64,000 nucleotides of DNA, from NCBI GenBank assembly GCA_044341565.1, contig JBIIRM010000001.1, forward strand, positions 1,159 to 65,158, read 5' to 3'. The notes below the pieces were generated by a model that did not search any database, was not told the DNA's origin, and saw only the letters and a program-made list of their open reading frames with translations. Made by a program: the position numbers and the translations under genes. Below, piece by piece: positions 10,023 to 17,600 of this stretch. How positions within the stretch are numbered: position 1 is the first letter of the stretch; the number at the start of each line of letters is the position of its first letter. This DNA comes from Minisyncoccia bacterium. Its GTDB lineage: Bacteria; Patescibacteriota; Minisyncoccia; SW-4-49-11.

Positions 10023-10775
10023 ATGGTTGATATTAGTATTGTTGTACCGGCTTATAAAGAGAAGGATAATATTGCCAAAACAATTCAAGCTCTCGAGGCT
10101 TATGCTATCAAACAACCAGAAAATATAGAAATTATTATTGCAATTGATGGGTGTCAGGAGACTTTTGATGCGGCATATCCGTATGAGTCAGAGCTGACCT
10201 CGGTTAATCTCTCTACTCCAAATCAAGGTAAGGGTTGGGCTCTGAAATATGGATTACAATTTGCAAAGGGGAAATATGTTGTATTCTATGATGCGGGACT
10301 GGATTTCCCTGTTGAGAATATTTCATTGGTGATTGCTACCCTGCAGATTACCGAAGCCCCTGTTGTAATTGGATCAAAGCGAGCTCGCGGTTCAGTGATA
10401 AAATATCCTTTTATCCGGAAAGTGATTAGTTTTGGAGGACAATTAGTAACCTTTGTATTATTTGGATTGGGGGTTAGTGATACTCAAGTTGGTCTCAAGG
10501 GGTTTGAGCGAGAGAAAATCACCTTTATTATGGATCAAATGGTGGTAAAGCGTTATGCTTTTGACATAGAAATGTTAGTATTAGCTCGCTATTATAAATA
10601 TGCTATTCTAGAGGTACCAGTGCGACTTTATCTCAATTTAACTGCAAGTGGTGTGACATATAAAACAACTCGAGATACTCTGGTGGATACTCTTGGGATA
10701 TTTTATCGTCTTAGAATTCTGAGATATTATCAGAAGCAAGCTAAAAAGTTAAAAAAGAAAAAAGCCACTCCGTAA
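10023..10775 (+). CDS. polyprenyl-phosphate glycosyltransferase, GT2 (Dpm1/GtrB-like)
   Basis: ISIVVPAYKEKDNIAKTIQALEAY, IIAIDGCQ, FYDAGLDFP. Lys-rich C-terminal tail. Confidence 0.7.
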   Translation: MVDISIVVPAYKEKDNIAKTIQALEAYAIKQPENIEIIIAIDGCQETFDAAYPYESELTSVNLSTPNQGKGWALKYGLQFAKGKYVVFYDAGLDFPVENISLVIATLQITEAPVVIGSKRARGSVIKYPFIRKVISFGGQLVTFVLFGLGVSDTQVGLKGFEREKITFIMDQMVVKRYAFDIEMLVLARYYKYAILEVPVRLYLNLTASGVTYKTTRDTLVDTLGIFYRLRILRYYQKQAKKLKKKKATP

Positions 10776-10785
10776 GGGGGTGGCT
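10763..10785 (-). terminator. hairpin AGCCAC...GTGGCT spanning the convergent stop codons, followed on the minus strand by a T-run
   Basis: Stem GCCAC/GTGGC (10764-10768 / 10780-10784). The A-rich tract 10742-10762 on the + strand gives U-run after the hairpin for the minus-strand transcript. Confidence 0.5.
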
Positions 10786-11515
10786 AAGACACAATATTAG
10801 AAGAATGATCGAGCTGCGAGCAAATATTTAGATGATCTATTTCCCATCCCGAAAGGCAGGGGATATATGTTATATATCCTGCTGAGGGTGGTATACGGAG
10901 GTTTCTATCCTCGAGTATATCGAGGGTTTCAGGGTATTGTATATTTTTTATTTCAACATTAGCTAAGATATGAAAGGATGAGAGCGTAAATGAAGACTGA
11001 TTATTATCTGCTTCTACATATTGCCAGCGATACCTAGTTGTAAGTAGATCGGGCTCTATTGCGATCTTTGTATCAAGATAAGCTATGAGGAGATGTATGT
11101 CAAAGTTTGCTCCAGAGATATCTATAAATTTACCTGTTTCAAGTTTTTGTAAAAGATATTTTCTTTTCCTCGAGCTATGGAGATCAAGATATGCAAGTAA
11201 CAAATTCACACCTTGAATTTGTATATGCAGGCAGGGATTATTATCAATATTATCCCAATTTACATGAGGAGGATGAACTGCATATTGTAACTTTTCTTTA
11301 TAAGACAATACTACGCAGGAACGGGGTCGGTGAATGAAATGTGTAGCCACTCTATATATATTGTTAATACTCTCGATATCTCGATGAGTGGCATTGAGTA
11401 GAATGCAATATTGGGCGGGTAGGCTCTGTAAAAATTGCTTAAGATTAGTTCTCCGATAAATTTTATCCATATCAAGAATGATCAGGGAAAAAGTTTTAGG
11501 TCCAGAATCATACAT
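10784..11515 (-). CDS. hypothetical protein (243 aa), elevated GC
   Basis: Clean ORF with its own terminator. No motif I can place confidently. FSLIILDMD near the N-terminus loosely resembles a GT-A opening, but support is weak. Confidence 0.5.
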   Translation of the reverse strand: MYDSGPKTFSLIILDMDKIYRRTNLKQFLQSLPAQYCILLNATHRDIESINNIYRVATHFIHRPRSCVVLSYKEKLQYAVHPPHVNWDNIDNNPCLHIQIQGVNLLLAYLDLHSSRKRKYLLQKLETGKFIDISGANFDIHLLIAYLDTKIAIEPDLLTTRYRWQYVEADNNQSSFTLSSFHILANVEIKNIQYPETLDILEDRNLRIPPSAGYITYIPCLSGWEIDHLNICSQLDHSSNIVS

Positions 11516-11625
11516 GGGAAGGTACAGTAACTATATGTAGTATAGCATATTTTAAAGAAGTCCTCCTCCGTCCCTCTCATATAAATATGGGAGGGACACC
11601 TCCCCCAAGGGAGGACAGAGTACAA

Positions 11626-11651
11626 GAAAAAAGCCAGCTTCTAAACTGGCT
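11626..11651 (-). terminator. intrinsic terminator of 11641-12231 gene
   Basis: Stem AGCCAG/CTGGCT (11632-11637 / 11646-11651). On the minus strand it is followed by TTTTTTC (reverse complement of 11626-11631). Confidence 0.6.
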
Positions 11652-12231
11652 CAGAGGGGATATGTGAAATCCAATGGAAATGGCTAACTCGAAGGGGGGA
11701 TTGTATATTGGTATATCCTCGAAAATCAAATTGATTGATATCAAGATAGCATTCGAATCTATGCATTGTCATCTGTGTGGCAATGCCTGGATAGGGGTTA
11801 CTATAATCATCTCTAGGATTTGCTACCTGCAATTGTCTCCGTGCTATGATTTGAAAGGGTTGTATGGGTATTCTGAGTTCTTCATCAGCTATTGCCTCAA
11901 AGGCCTTCTTACAAGGGATTTCGTCTCGATGAAGCTGTTTGATAATGGAATAGGGTTTGAGTATATTGGATCTTAGGATTTTTCCATCTTTGAAACTATG
12001 GCCCTCTTCTCTCAATACAAGTAATTCATCAGGATGAGGGTTGAAATAGACAGATATAGCTGTTATTGCAATATGTCGAGTGAGAGTATTATTCTCACAA
12101 TTTACTGTACTATAGCCAGTATTGACTTCATCAATCAAATGAGTGGCAGTTTTTGTACCATTAATTCCCCACAAACTGAGGTCAATATCTGTCTCACGAA
12201 TCATCCCAAACAAATCTTGTAGGGCAAACAT
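11641..12231 (-). CDS. hypothetical protein (196 aa), elevated GC
   Basis: ORF plus its own terminator. No recognisable motifs. Confidence 0.5.
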   Translation of the reverse strand: MFALQDLFGMIRETDIDLSLWGINGTKTATHLIDEVNTGYSTVNCENNTLTRHIAITAISVYFNPHPDELLVLREEGHSFKDGKILRSNILKPYSIIKQLHRDEIPCKKAFEAIADEELRIPIQPFQIIARRQLQVANPRDDYSNPYPGIATQMTMHRFECYLDINQFDFRGYTNIQSPLRVSHFHWISHIPSEPV

Positions 12232-12282
12232 TTTTTCTGGTGCAAGGTACTATTATATTATATCATATTTGAGGTTGGGTAA

Positions 12283-12322
12283 AATAACAAAATGTCCCCT
12301 GACACCGATTCGGCGTCAGGGG
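12283..12322 (-). terminator. intrinsic terminator (CCCCTGAC/GTCAGGGG stem with inner CCG/CGG) followed by a U-rich tract
   Basis: 8+3 bp stem at 12296-12322. The reverse complement of 12283-12295 is ACATTTTGTTAT. Confidence 0.6.
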
Positions 12323-12542
12323 GGATGTCAGGAGATGGCTGTACTGAATGCCACCAAATCTCCCGAGGGGGAGAAAACTTCCACGAGGTGGAAGCGTCCC
12401 AGCTCAAGGGCTGGGACTGGCTGTGGGCCAGTGGGCCGAGGGGATGGTTTCCCTGGCTTCCCCTTGGTGGGGATGAAGTTGGGGAGTTTGACTCCCCCCT
12501 GATTACGAAGTTTCATGGTGTTTTCACCTTAGGTCAATTACA

Positions 12543-12571
12543 ATTATAGCACAAAACCACTAATTTGTCAA
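12543..12571 (-). promoter_or_regulatory. sigma70-type consensus promoter TTGACA-17-TATAAT
   Basis: Read directly as the reverse complement of 12543-12571. Confidence 0.6.
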
Positions 12572-12590
12572 TATCAGATAACATTAAATG

Positions 12591-12623
12591 TAAAAGAAAA
12601 AGACCTGTATCTAATACGGGTCA
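12591..12623 (-). terminator. probable terminator of the 77-aa ORF
   Basis: GACCTGTAT/ATACGGGTC imperfect stem at 12603-12623. The A-run 12591-12602 gives a U-run on the minus transcript. Confidence 0.4.
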
Positions 12624-12844
12624 AGTGGGAGGAATTGGTATCTTTGAGCATCGAGCTCATCATGCTGCTCCTTGGTAAGGGGGTATTCTCTTGGAGGGAG
12701 CTTTTCATTTAAAGGTCGCCTTGGATCCCAAGGGATTATGAAGTCCTTCTCAGGGTCAATATAGGCCTTGAGCCAAATGGAATAGGGAATACCATTCTTG
12801 GCAACCCATTCGGGGCTATACGGTTCGAGATTGGTGATGGTCAT
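12611..12844 (-). CDS. hypothetical small protein (77 aa), elevated GC
   Basis: ORF with a downstream hairpin and U-run. No motifs. Confidence 0.4.
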   Translation of the reverse strand: MTITNLEPYSPEWVAKNGIPYSIWLKAYIDPEKDFIIPWDPRRPLNEKLPPREYPLTKEQHDELDAQRYQFLPLDPY

Positions 12845-12890
12845 AAAGGTTCAGTAACTACGGGCATTATATACTAGGGCTACTAAAATA

Positions 12891-14174
12891 TCAAGTATTC
12901 CGACGATTTTGATATATACTTACAAGAGTAGTAATTATAAATAGTCCTGTCATATTCCAGAGCACAGCATTCACAATGCTTTCTAGGGATGAATTATTAT
13001 ATACAATAGCAATAGCCATGGTAATGCTTCCAATTATAGGGAATATACTAAGACTATATTTTTGAATAGAGAGATTATAATTGACGAGTACATTGATAAG
13101 AGAATACATCCCCATAATAAGAGCGAATTTCCCAAGTAGAGGTATTATGGGGGAGAATTTGTCTCCTAATAGGGTGTTGACTATAAGCTCGGGGAAAGAT
13201 TGATACAATATAAAAGCAATTAAGCTCATCAGTCCTACTGAGGCGAGAGAGGCATACAGCATTTTGTGATGTGGTTCATCTACGGTATGGCGGGCTGAGA
13301 CAATAGGGAACATTGCCATAGGTATAGCGGAAGTAGCAAAGAAAATAATTTTACCTAATGTAGCAAGTCCTGCATAATCTCCCGATGTCTCATCAATAAG
13401 ATAATGTTTAGCGAGAATTATATCAACAGAATTGAGTAGAGTTATTCCTAATACGGCAACTGTTGTGGGTATGGTGTAAATAATAATATCCCTCCATTTG
13501 AAATGGGGTAATTTAGGGGATTCTGGCTTATACTCTTTTAGTATATCGCGGAGGAAATATAAGGATAGTCCAAGCATGAATATACTGGCTATTGGTACAG
13601 CCAGCATTGCACCAGTTACAGGTGACATTGGCCAAAAAGGTAATGTAAGTATAATAAGTGCTGATATTTTTGCTATTACTCCAAAAAGGCTAGCAATAGA
13701 AAATCCAGTAAATCTTTGAGTACCTTGTAAGACACTGGTCCCAATAGAGCCTATCAGGGATAGCCCGAGAGCTAAGGCAAGTATAATAAGTGGTCCAAAG
13801 GATTCGAGATGCAGGAAACGATAAATAAATGGACTTGCTATACCAAATAGCATAATGAGTCCAAGGGATATAAGTCCAAGATAATAGGATAAAATACGAA
13901 TAAAAGAAGCAAGGGCAGGATAATCTTTTTTGGCATAGAGTACTGATGAGAATTTGATTACTACTAAACTCAAGGCTCCCCCCAATACAATTATAATGGT
14001 AAGTAGGGAGAATAAGCTAGCAAAAGTACCGAGTTGTTCTTTGTCGAGTATACGGGCCACAATAATATTGAATACATAATTGAGAGCTCCCACTCCAAAT
14101 GATCCAATAAATACAATCATTCCTCCACGAAATAGAGGGCTATGATATTGTTTTTTTATAAAGGCTTTCACCAT
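12891..14174 (-). CDS. polysaccharide/oligosaccharide flippase, MOP superfamily (Wzx-like)
   Basis: 427 aa with about 12-14 TM helices. Typical Wzx/polysaccharide-biosynthesis-protein topology; sits in the glycan locus. Confidence 0.65.
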   Translation of the reverse strand: MVKAFIKKQYHSPLFRGGMIVFIGSFGVGALNYVFNIIVARILDKEQLGTFASLFSLLTIIIVLGGALSLVVIKFSSVLYAKKDYPALASFIRILSYYLGLISLGLIMLFGIASPFIYRFLHLESFGPLIILALALGLSLIGSIGTSVLQGTQRFTGFSIASLFGVIAKISALIILTLPFWPMSPVTGAMLAVPIASIFMLGLSLYFLRDILKEYKPESPKLPHFKWRDIIIYTIPTTVAVLGITLLNSVDIILAKHYLIDETSGDYAGLATLGKIIFFATSAIPMAMFPIVSARHTVDEPHHKMLYASLASVGLMSLIAFILYQSFPELIVNTLLGDKFSPIIPLLGKFALIMGMYSLINVLVNYNLSIQKYSLSIFPIIGSITMAIAIVYNNSSLESIVNAVLWNMTGLFIITTLVSIYQNRRNT

Positions 14175-14262
14175 AACATATTTTCTAGTGACAATTGTAT
14201 CTAGTATACCATTGTCTTATGGTTTGTGCTATAATACTACTAATAATCGAGTATCAGAGTAT

Positions 14263-15165
14263 ATGAATTTAAAGACGGTATTACAAGGAATTGCTATGGG
14301 TGTAGCCGAGCTTATCCCTGGACTTAATGCTGCTACCTTAGCTTTGGTTTTAGGGATATATGAGAAATTTATTGATTTATTATTCCAATTCTCACGGCTG
14401 ATTAAAACAGGGTTTTCTGTCATCATATTACGCCGTGGACAATGGTCTGAAGTTAAAAAAGTGGCTCAGGCTATTCCTTGGGGATTTGGTATTTCATTAT
14501 TTGTAGGAACTTTGATTGCAATAATTGGATTGTCCCAATTATTACATACTCTCTTGGATATTGTCCCTCAATATGTTTATGGATTTTTCTTTGGACTTAT
14601 ATTAGCATCTCTCTCCGTGCCATGGGCAAGTATTCATAAAAAAGAATCTATTCATTATATTCTTCTTATTGTATCGAGTATTATTTTCTTTGGAGTATTT
14701 TCATTAACTCCTACCGAGCTTATTACCAGCCCATCTTATGTATATATTTTTATTGGGGGAGTATTAGGAGTGGCTTCTATGTTACTCGGATCAGGAGGTT
14801 CTACTGTTTTAGTTGCAATGGGACTATATCAATATATACTCGGATTAGTAGGAGATATTGTGAAATTAGATTTTACTGCTCTTTTACCGCTCATTATATT
14901 CTTTAGTGGGCTCGGAGTAGGGTTCTTACTCTCTATTAGTTTAATAAAAAAAGCTTTAGCCTCATATCATAGTATTATTATGGCTATTATTACGGGAATT
15001 CTCTTAGCGTCATTACGGGCAATGTGGCCATTTTTTGAGGTTAATGATAAAAGCTATATATTACAAACTCCATGGGATTCAGAATATATACTTGGAATTG
15101 GTATCAGTATATTGATTGGAATTGGGTTAATTGCAGTATTCAAAAAGTATTCAGATAAAGTATAA
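14263..15165 (+). CDS. DUF368 family membrane protein (family recently linked to undecaprenyl-phosphate translocation)
   Basis: GVAELIPGLNAATLALVLGIYEKFIDLL is the DUF368 signature. I chose the start at ATG 14263 (MNLKTVLQG), because the upstream ATG at 14188 lies in a promoter-like TATAAT region (14230-14235). Confidence 0.65.
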   Translation: MNLKTVLQGIAMGVAELIPGLNAATLALVLGIYEKFIDLLFQFSRLIKTGFSVIILRRGQWSEVKKVAQAIPWGFGISLFVGTLIAIIGLSQLLHTLLDIVPQYVYGFFFGLILASLSVPWASIHKKESIHYILLIVSSIIFFGVFSLTPTELITSPSYVYIFIGGVLGVASMLLGSGGSTVLVAMGLYQYILGLVGDIVKLDFTALLPLIIFFSGLGVGFLLSISLIKKALASYHSIIMAIITGILLASLRAMWPFFEVNDKSYILQTPWDSEYILGIGISILIGIGLIAVFKKYSDKV

Positions 15166-15168
15166 TAT

Positions 15169-16074
15169 ATGGCAGATATTGCATTAGATATAAAAGGGTT
15201 ATATAAGACATATAATGATGGTAAGGTTAAAGCTCTCAATGGAGTAGATTTAACGATATATAAAGGAGAGATATTCGGGTTACTCGGACCAAATGGAGCG
15301 GGGAAATCTACGCTTATCAATGTACTTACTACACTTGCCAATAAAACGGAGGGTCAGATTATTATTAATGGTATAGATTTTGCTAAATTTCCATCTGAGG
15401 CTAAAACATATCTTGGAGTTGTACCACAAGAATTTAATTTTAATTGGTTTGAAAAAGTTCAGGATATTGTAGCACAGCAGGGAGGATATTATGGTGTGCC
15501 GGTAAAAGAAGCTATAGAATACTCAGAAGTATTACTCAAGAGACTTGGACTTTGGGATAAAAAAGATACTATTGCTATGCAATTATCTGGAGGAATGAAG
15601 CGGCGTCTTATGATAGCCCGAGCCCTTATTCATAAACCAGAAATTTTAATACTCGATGAGCCATCTGCAGGAGTGGATGTTGATCTTCGGCGAGAAATGT
15701 GGGAATTTGTCCGAGAATTGCATGAAGAAGGGGTTACTATTATTCTTACCACACATTATCTAGAGGAAGCAGAGAATCTTTGCGATAGAGTAGGAATTAT
15801 TAATAAAGGGAATATTCTTGAAATAGGTACAGTTAAAGAATTATTATCTGAGCTTACCAAGGATACCTTGATATTAGATATTGTAGGGGAGGCTAAAGGA
15901 CTTCCTGAACGATATCGAATCACTGATGGTGATACCATTGAAACAGATTTACTGAAAGGGGAGGATTTGTATACCATTACCCAAGATTTACATCAACACA
16001 ATATTCAAGTGATGGGAATACGGAATAAGAGTAATAGATTAGAAGAAGTATTCATCAATAAAGTAAATCAATAA
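15169..16074 (+). CDS. ABC transporter ATP-binding protein (ABC-2 exporter type)
   Basis: Walker A GPNGAGKST, signature LSGGMKRRL, Walker B ILILDEPSAGVD, H-loop TTHYLEEA. Confidence 0.85.
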   Translation: MADIALDIKGLYKTYNDGKVKALNGVDLTIYKGEIFGLLGPNGAGKSTLINVLTTLANKTEGQIIINGIDFAKFPSEAKTYLGVVPQEFNFNWFEKVQDIVAQQGGYYGVPVKEAIEYSEVLLKRLGLWDKKDTIAMQLSGGMKRRLMIARALIHKPEILILDEPSAGVDVDLRREMWEFVRELHEEGVTIILTTHYLEEAENLCDRVGIINKGNILEIGTVKELLSELTKDTLILDIVGEAKGLPERYRITDGDTIETDLLKGEDLYTITQDLHQHNIQVMGIRNKSNRLEEVFINKVNQ

Positions 16075-16075
16075 T

Positions 16076-16846
16076 ATGAAAGCACCTATTTGGATACCAT
16101 TATATACGATTATCAATAAAGAAATGATTCGAATTTTTCGAATTTGGACGCAGACATTATTGCCTTCCGTGATTACCACCAGCCTCTACTTTCTTATCTT
16201 TGGAGCTTTTGTAGGTTCACAAATTCGAGATATCGAAGGAGTGAGCTATATGCAATTCATTGTACCAGGACTTGTCATGATGGCAATTATTACTAATGCC
16301 TTTATGAATGTAGTGGGTTCATTTTTTGGAGCTAAATTTGGGAAAAGCATAGAAGAATTACTAGTATCTCCAACACCAAATTGGGTAATTGTGTGGGGTT
16401 ATGTTATTGGAGGAGTTGTACGAGGACTGGTTGTAGGAGTATTGGTGCTGATTATCGCATTATTATTTACCAAGCTGACTATTATGAATTTATGGGCAGT
16501 AATTCTGTTCTCGGTCCTAACGGCGGTAGTATTTTCTCTTGGGGGACTTATGAATGCCGTCTTTGCCAAAAAATTTGATCATACCGCTATTGTCCCAACC
16601 TTTGTATTAACTCCGCTTACCTATCTTGGAGGAGTATTTTATTCCGTTAATGCTCTCCCAGAATTCTGGCAAAATGTCTCACGATTTAATCCTATTCTGT
16701 ATATGGTAAATGGATTTAGATATGGATTTTTTGGAATATCTGATGTCAATATTGGGATATCTGTAACCATTCTTGTAATACTTGTACTGGTACTCTCTAT
16801 TTCTGATTTAATGCTACTCCGTAAGGGTGTTGGATTGAGGAGTTAG
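16076..16846 (+). CDS. ABC-2 family transporter permease
   Basis: 256 aa with 6 TM helices, immediately after the ATPase. Confidence 0.75.
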   Translation: MKAPIWIPLYTIINKEMIRIFRIWTQTLLPSVITTSLYFLIFGAFVGSQIRDIEGVSYMQFIVPGLVMMAIITNAFMNVVGSFFGAKFGKSIEELLVSPTPNWVIVWGYVIGGVVRGLVVGVLVLIIALLFTKLTIMNLWAVILFSVLTAVVFSLGGLMNAVFAKKFDHTAIVPTFVLTPLTYLGGVFYSVNALPEFWQNVSRFNPILYMVNGFRYGFFGISDVNIGISVTILVILVLVLSISDLMLLRKGVGLRS

Positions 16847-16852
16847 GGAAAG

Positions 16853-16873
16853 AAAAACCCCTCCTAAGAGGGG
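16853..16873. terminator. hairpin CCCCTC-CTAA-GAGGGG between convergent genes; stronger for the minus strand
   Basis: Stem 16858-16863 / 16868-16873. AAAAA at 16853-16857 gives a U-run for the minus transcript. Confidence 0.5.
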
Positions 16874-17445
16874 CTGGTGGTAAATTTTGCGATGAGCTTC
16901 TGAAATTGGTTGAGGCCATCGGCGAGGTCTCTCTCGAGATTTCCTGTTTGAGTCAAGACTAGTGAAGATATATCTTTGAAGGAATCTAGAGGTTCATTAT
17001 GCCGCAAGATTCGCTCCATAGGTATCCCTCGCTGTATCAAGATATCTTGTGGGACATCGAGAGTCACATATATCACCGGTGGGCGATATAGCTGTATTCT
17101 TTTGTCGAGAGATATTCTCTGGAGTATCATGGTAGAGAGGAATATCGTACCTTGCTCCCGTTGAGGCTCAATGGTTGGGAGATCAACACCATAGAGATGA
17201 TTTCCTGCCTCAAGCCTCTCCCAATTGGCCTCACCCGCCTTTTTCTCTAAATCATAATACTGCTCTCTACTGACAAAGGTGTATTCGAAAGATAGGGTGT
17301 CCTCTTTACGGTGACTATTATCGGGAGGGCGAGTGGTATAGAGCTTTAGGAATTTGGTCCGGGGAATATGCTCGAGAAGATGGCGGATGAGGGTTGTTTT
17401 CCCTGCGCCACTGGCTCCGACAAGGGTGATGAAAGGTGCGGTCAT
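16864..17445 (-). CDS. P-loop nucleoside monophosphate kinase, guanylate kinase-like
   Basis: GASGAGKTTL (P-loop), YTTRPP...EYTFVSREQYYDL and LEAGNHLYGVDL line up with Gmk TTRPxR...YxFVS and NxYGT regions. GC is elevated, about 45% by eye. Confidence 0.5.
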   Translation of the reverse strand: MTAPFITLVGASGAGKTTLIRHLLEHIPRTKFLKLYTTRPPDNSHRKEDTLSFEYTFVSREQYYDLEKKAGEANWERLEAGNHLYGVDLPTIEPQREQGTIFLSTMILQRISLDKRIQLYRPPVIYVTLDVPQDILIQRGIPMERILRHNEPLDSFKDISSLVLTQTGNLERDLADGLNQFQKLIAKFTTSPS

Positions 17446-17523
17446 AATACCTTTAAATTAACATAAATATCGTATTTAAAAAGAGTGTAATTGTCAAATG
17501 AGTGGGGATGTTTTTCTTCCGTA

Positions 17524-17562
17524 TTGCAAATTATTTGCAAAATGGGGAAATTAGTGTATACT
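17524..17562 (+). promoter_or_regulatory. promoter with perfect palindrome TTGCAAA-TTA-TTTGCAA overlapping the -35 (TTGCAA-16-TATACT)
   Basis: Palindrome at 17524-17540. TATACT at 17557-17562, preceded by TG. A second -10-like TATAAT at 17573-17578. ATG at 17601. Confidence 0.45.
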
Positions 17563-17600
17563 GGTGTGATAGTATAATTCTCATATAATTATTTAGGGAT

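Larger units (their letters stand above)
12283..12571 (-). other. compact transcription unit (consensus promoter to terminator) whose body is an array of 8 perfect hairpins; candidate structured ncRNA and/or 62-aa Pro/Gly-rich small protein (ORF 12328-12516)
   Basis: Promoter: -35 TTGACA (rc of 12566-12571), 17-nt spacer, -10 TATAAT (rc of 12543-12548). AAGGTGA sits 7 nt before the ATG at 12516. About 60% GC by eye against ~32% background. Hairpins: 12296-12322, 12359-12374, 12378-12394, 12398-12415, 12417-12431, 12441-12453, 12459-12473, 12481-12497. Terminator hairpin plus U-run at 12283-12322. Confidence 0.5.

Noticed and set aside
12290-12520. Tested the GC-rich hairpin segment as tmRNA, SRP RNA, RNase P RNA, 5S or rRNA fragment
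   Set aside because: The diagnostic motifs are absent on either strand:
- tmRNA: 5' GGGG... with a 3' T-arm plus ACCA.
- SRP RNA: GGAAGCAGCC-type domain IV.
- RNase P RNA: GGAAAGTCCGG and ACAGAAACCGGCTTA.
- rRNA: GTGCCAGCAGCCGCGGTAA and similar.
The length also does not fit. It is kept as an unassigned structured element.
12292-12549. Plus-strand 85-aa ORF through the hairpin array
   Set aside because: The promoter, RBS and terminator all point to minus-strand transcription. An open frame across 200 nt of 60% GC is expected by chance.
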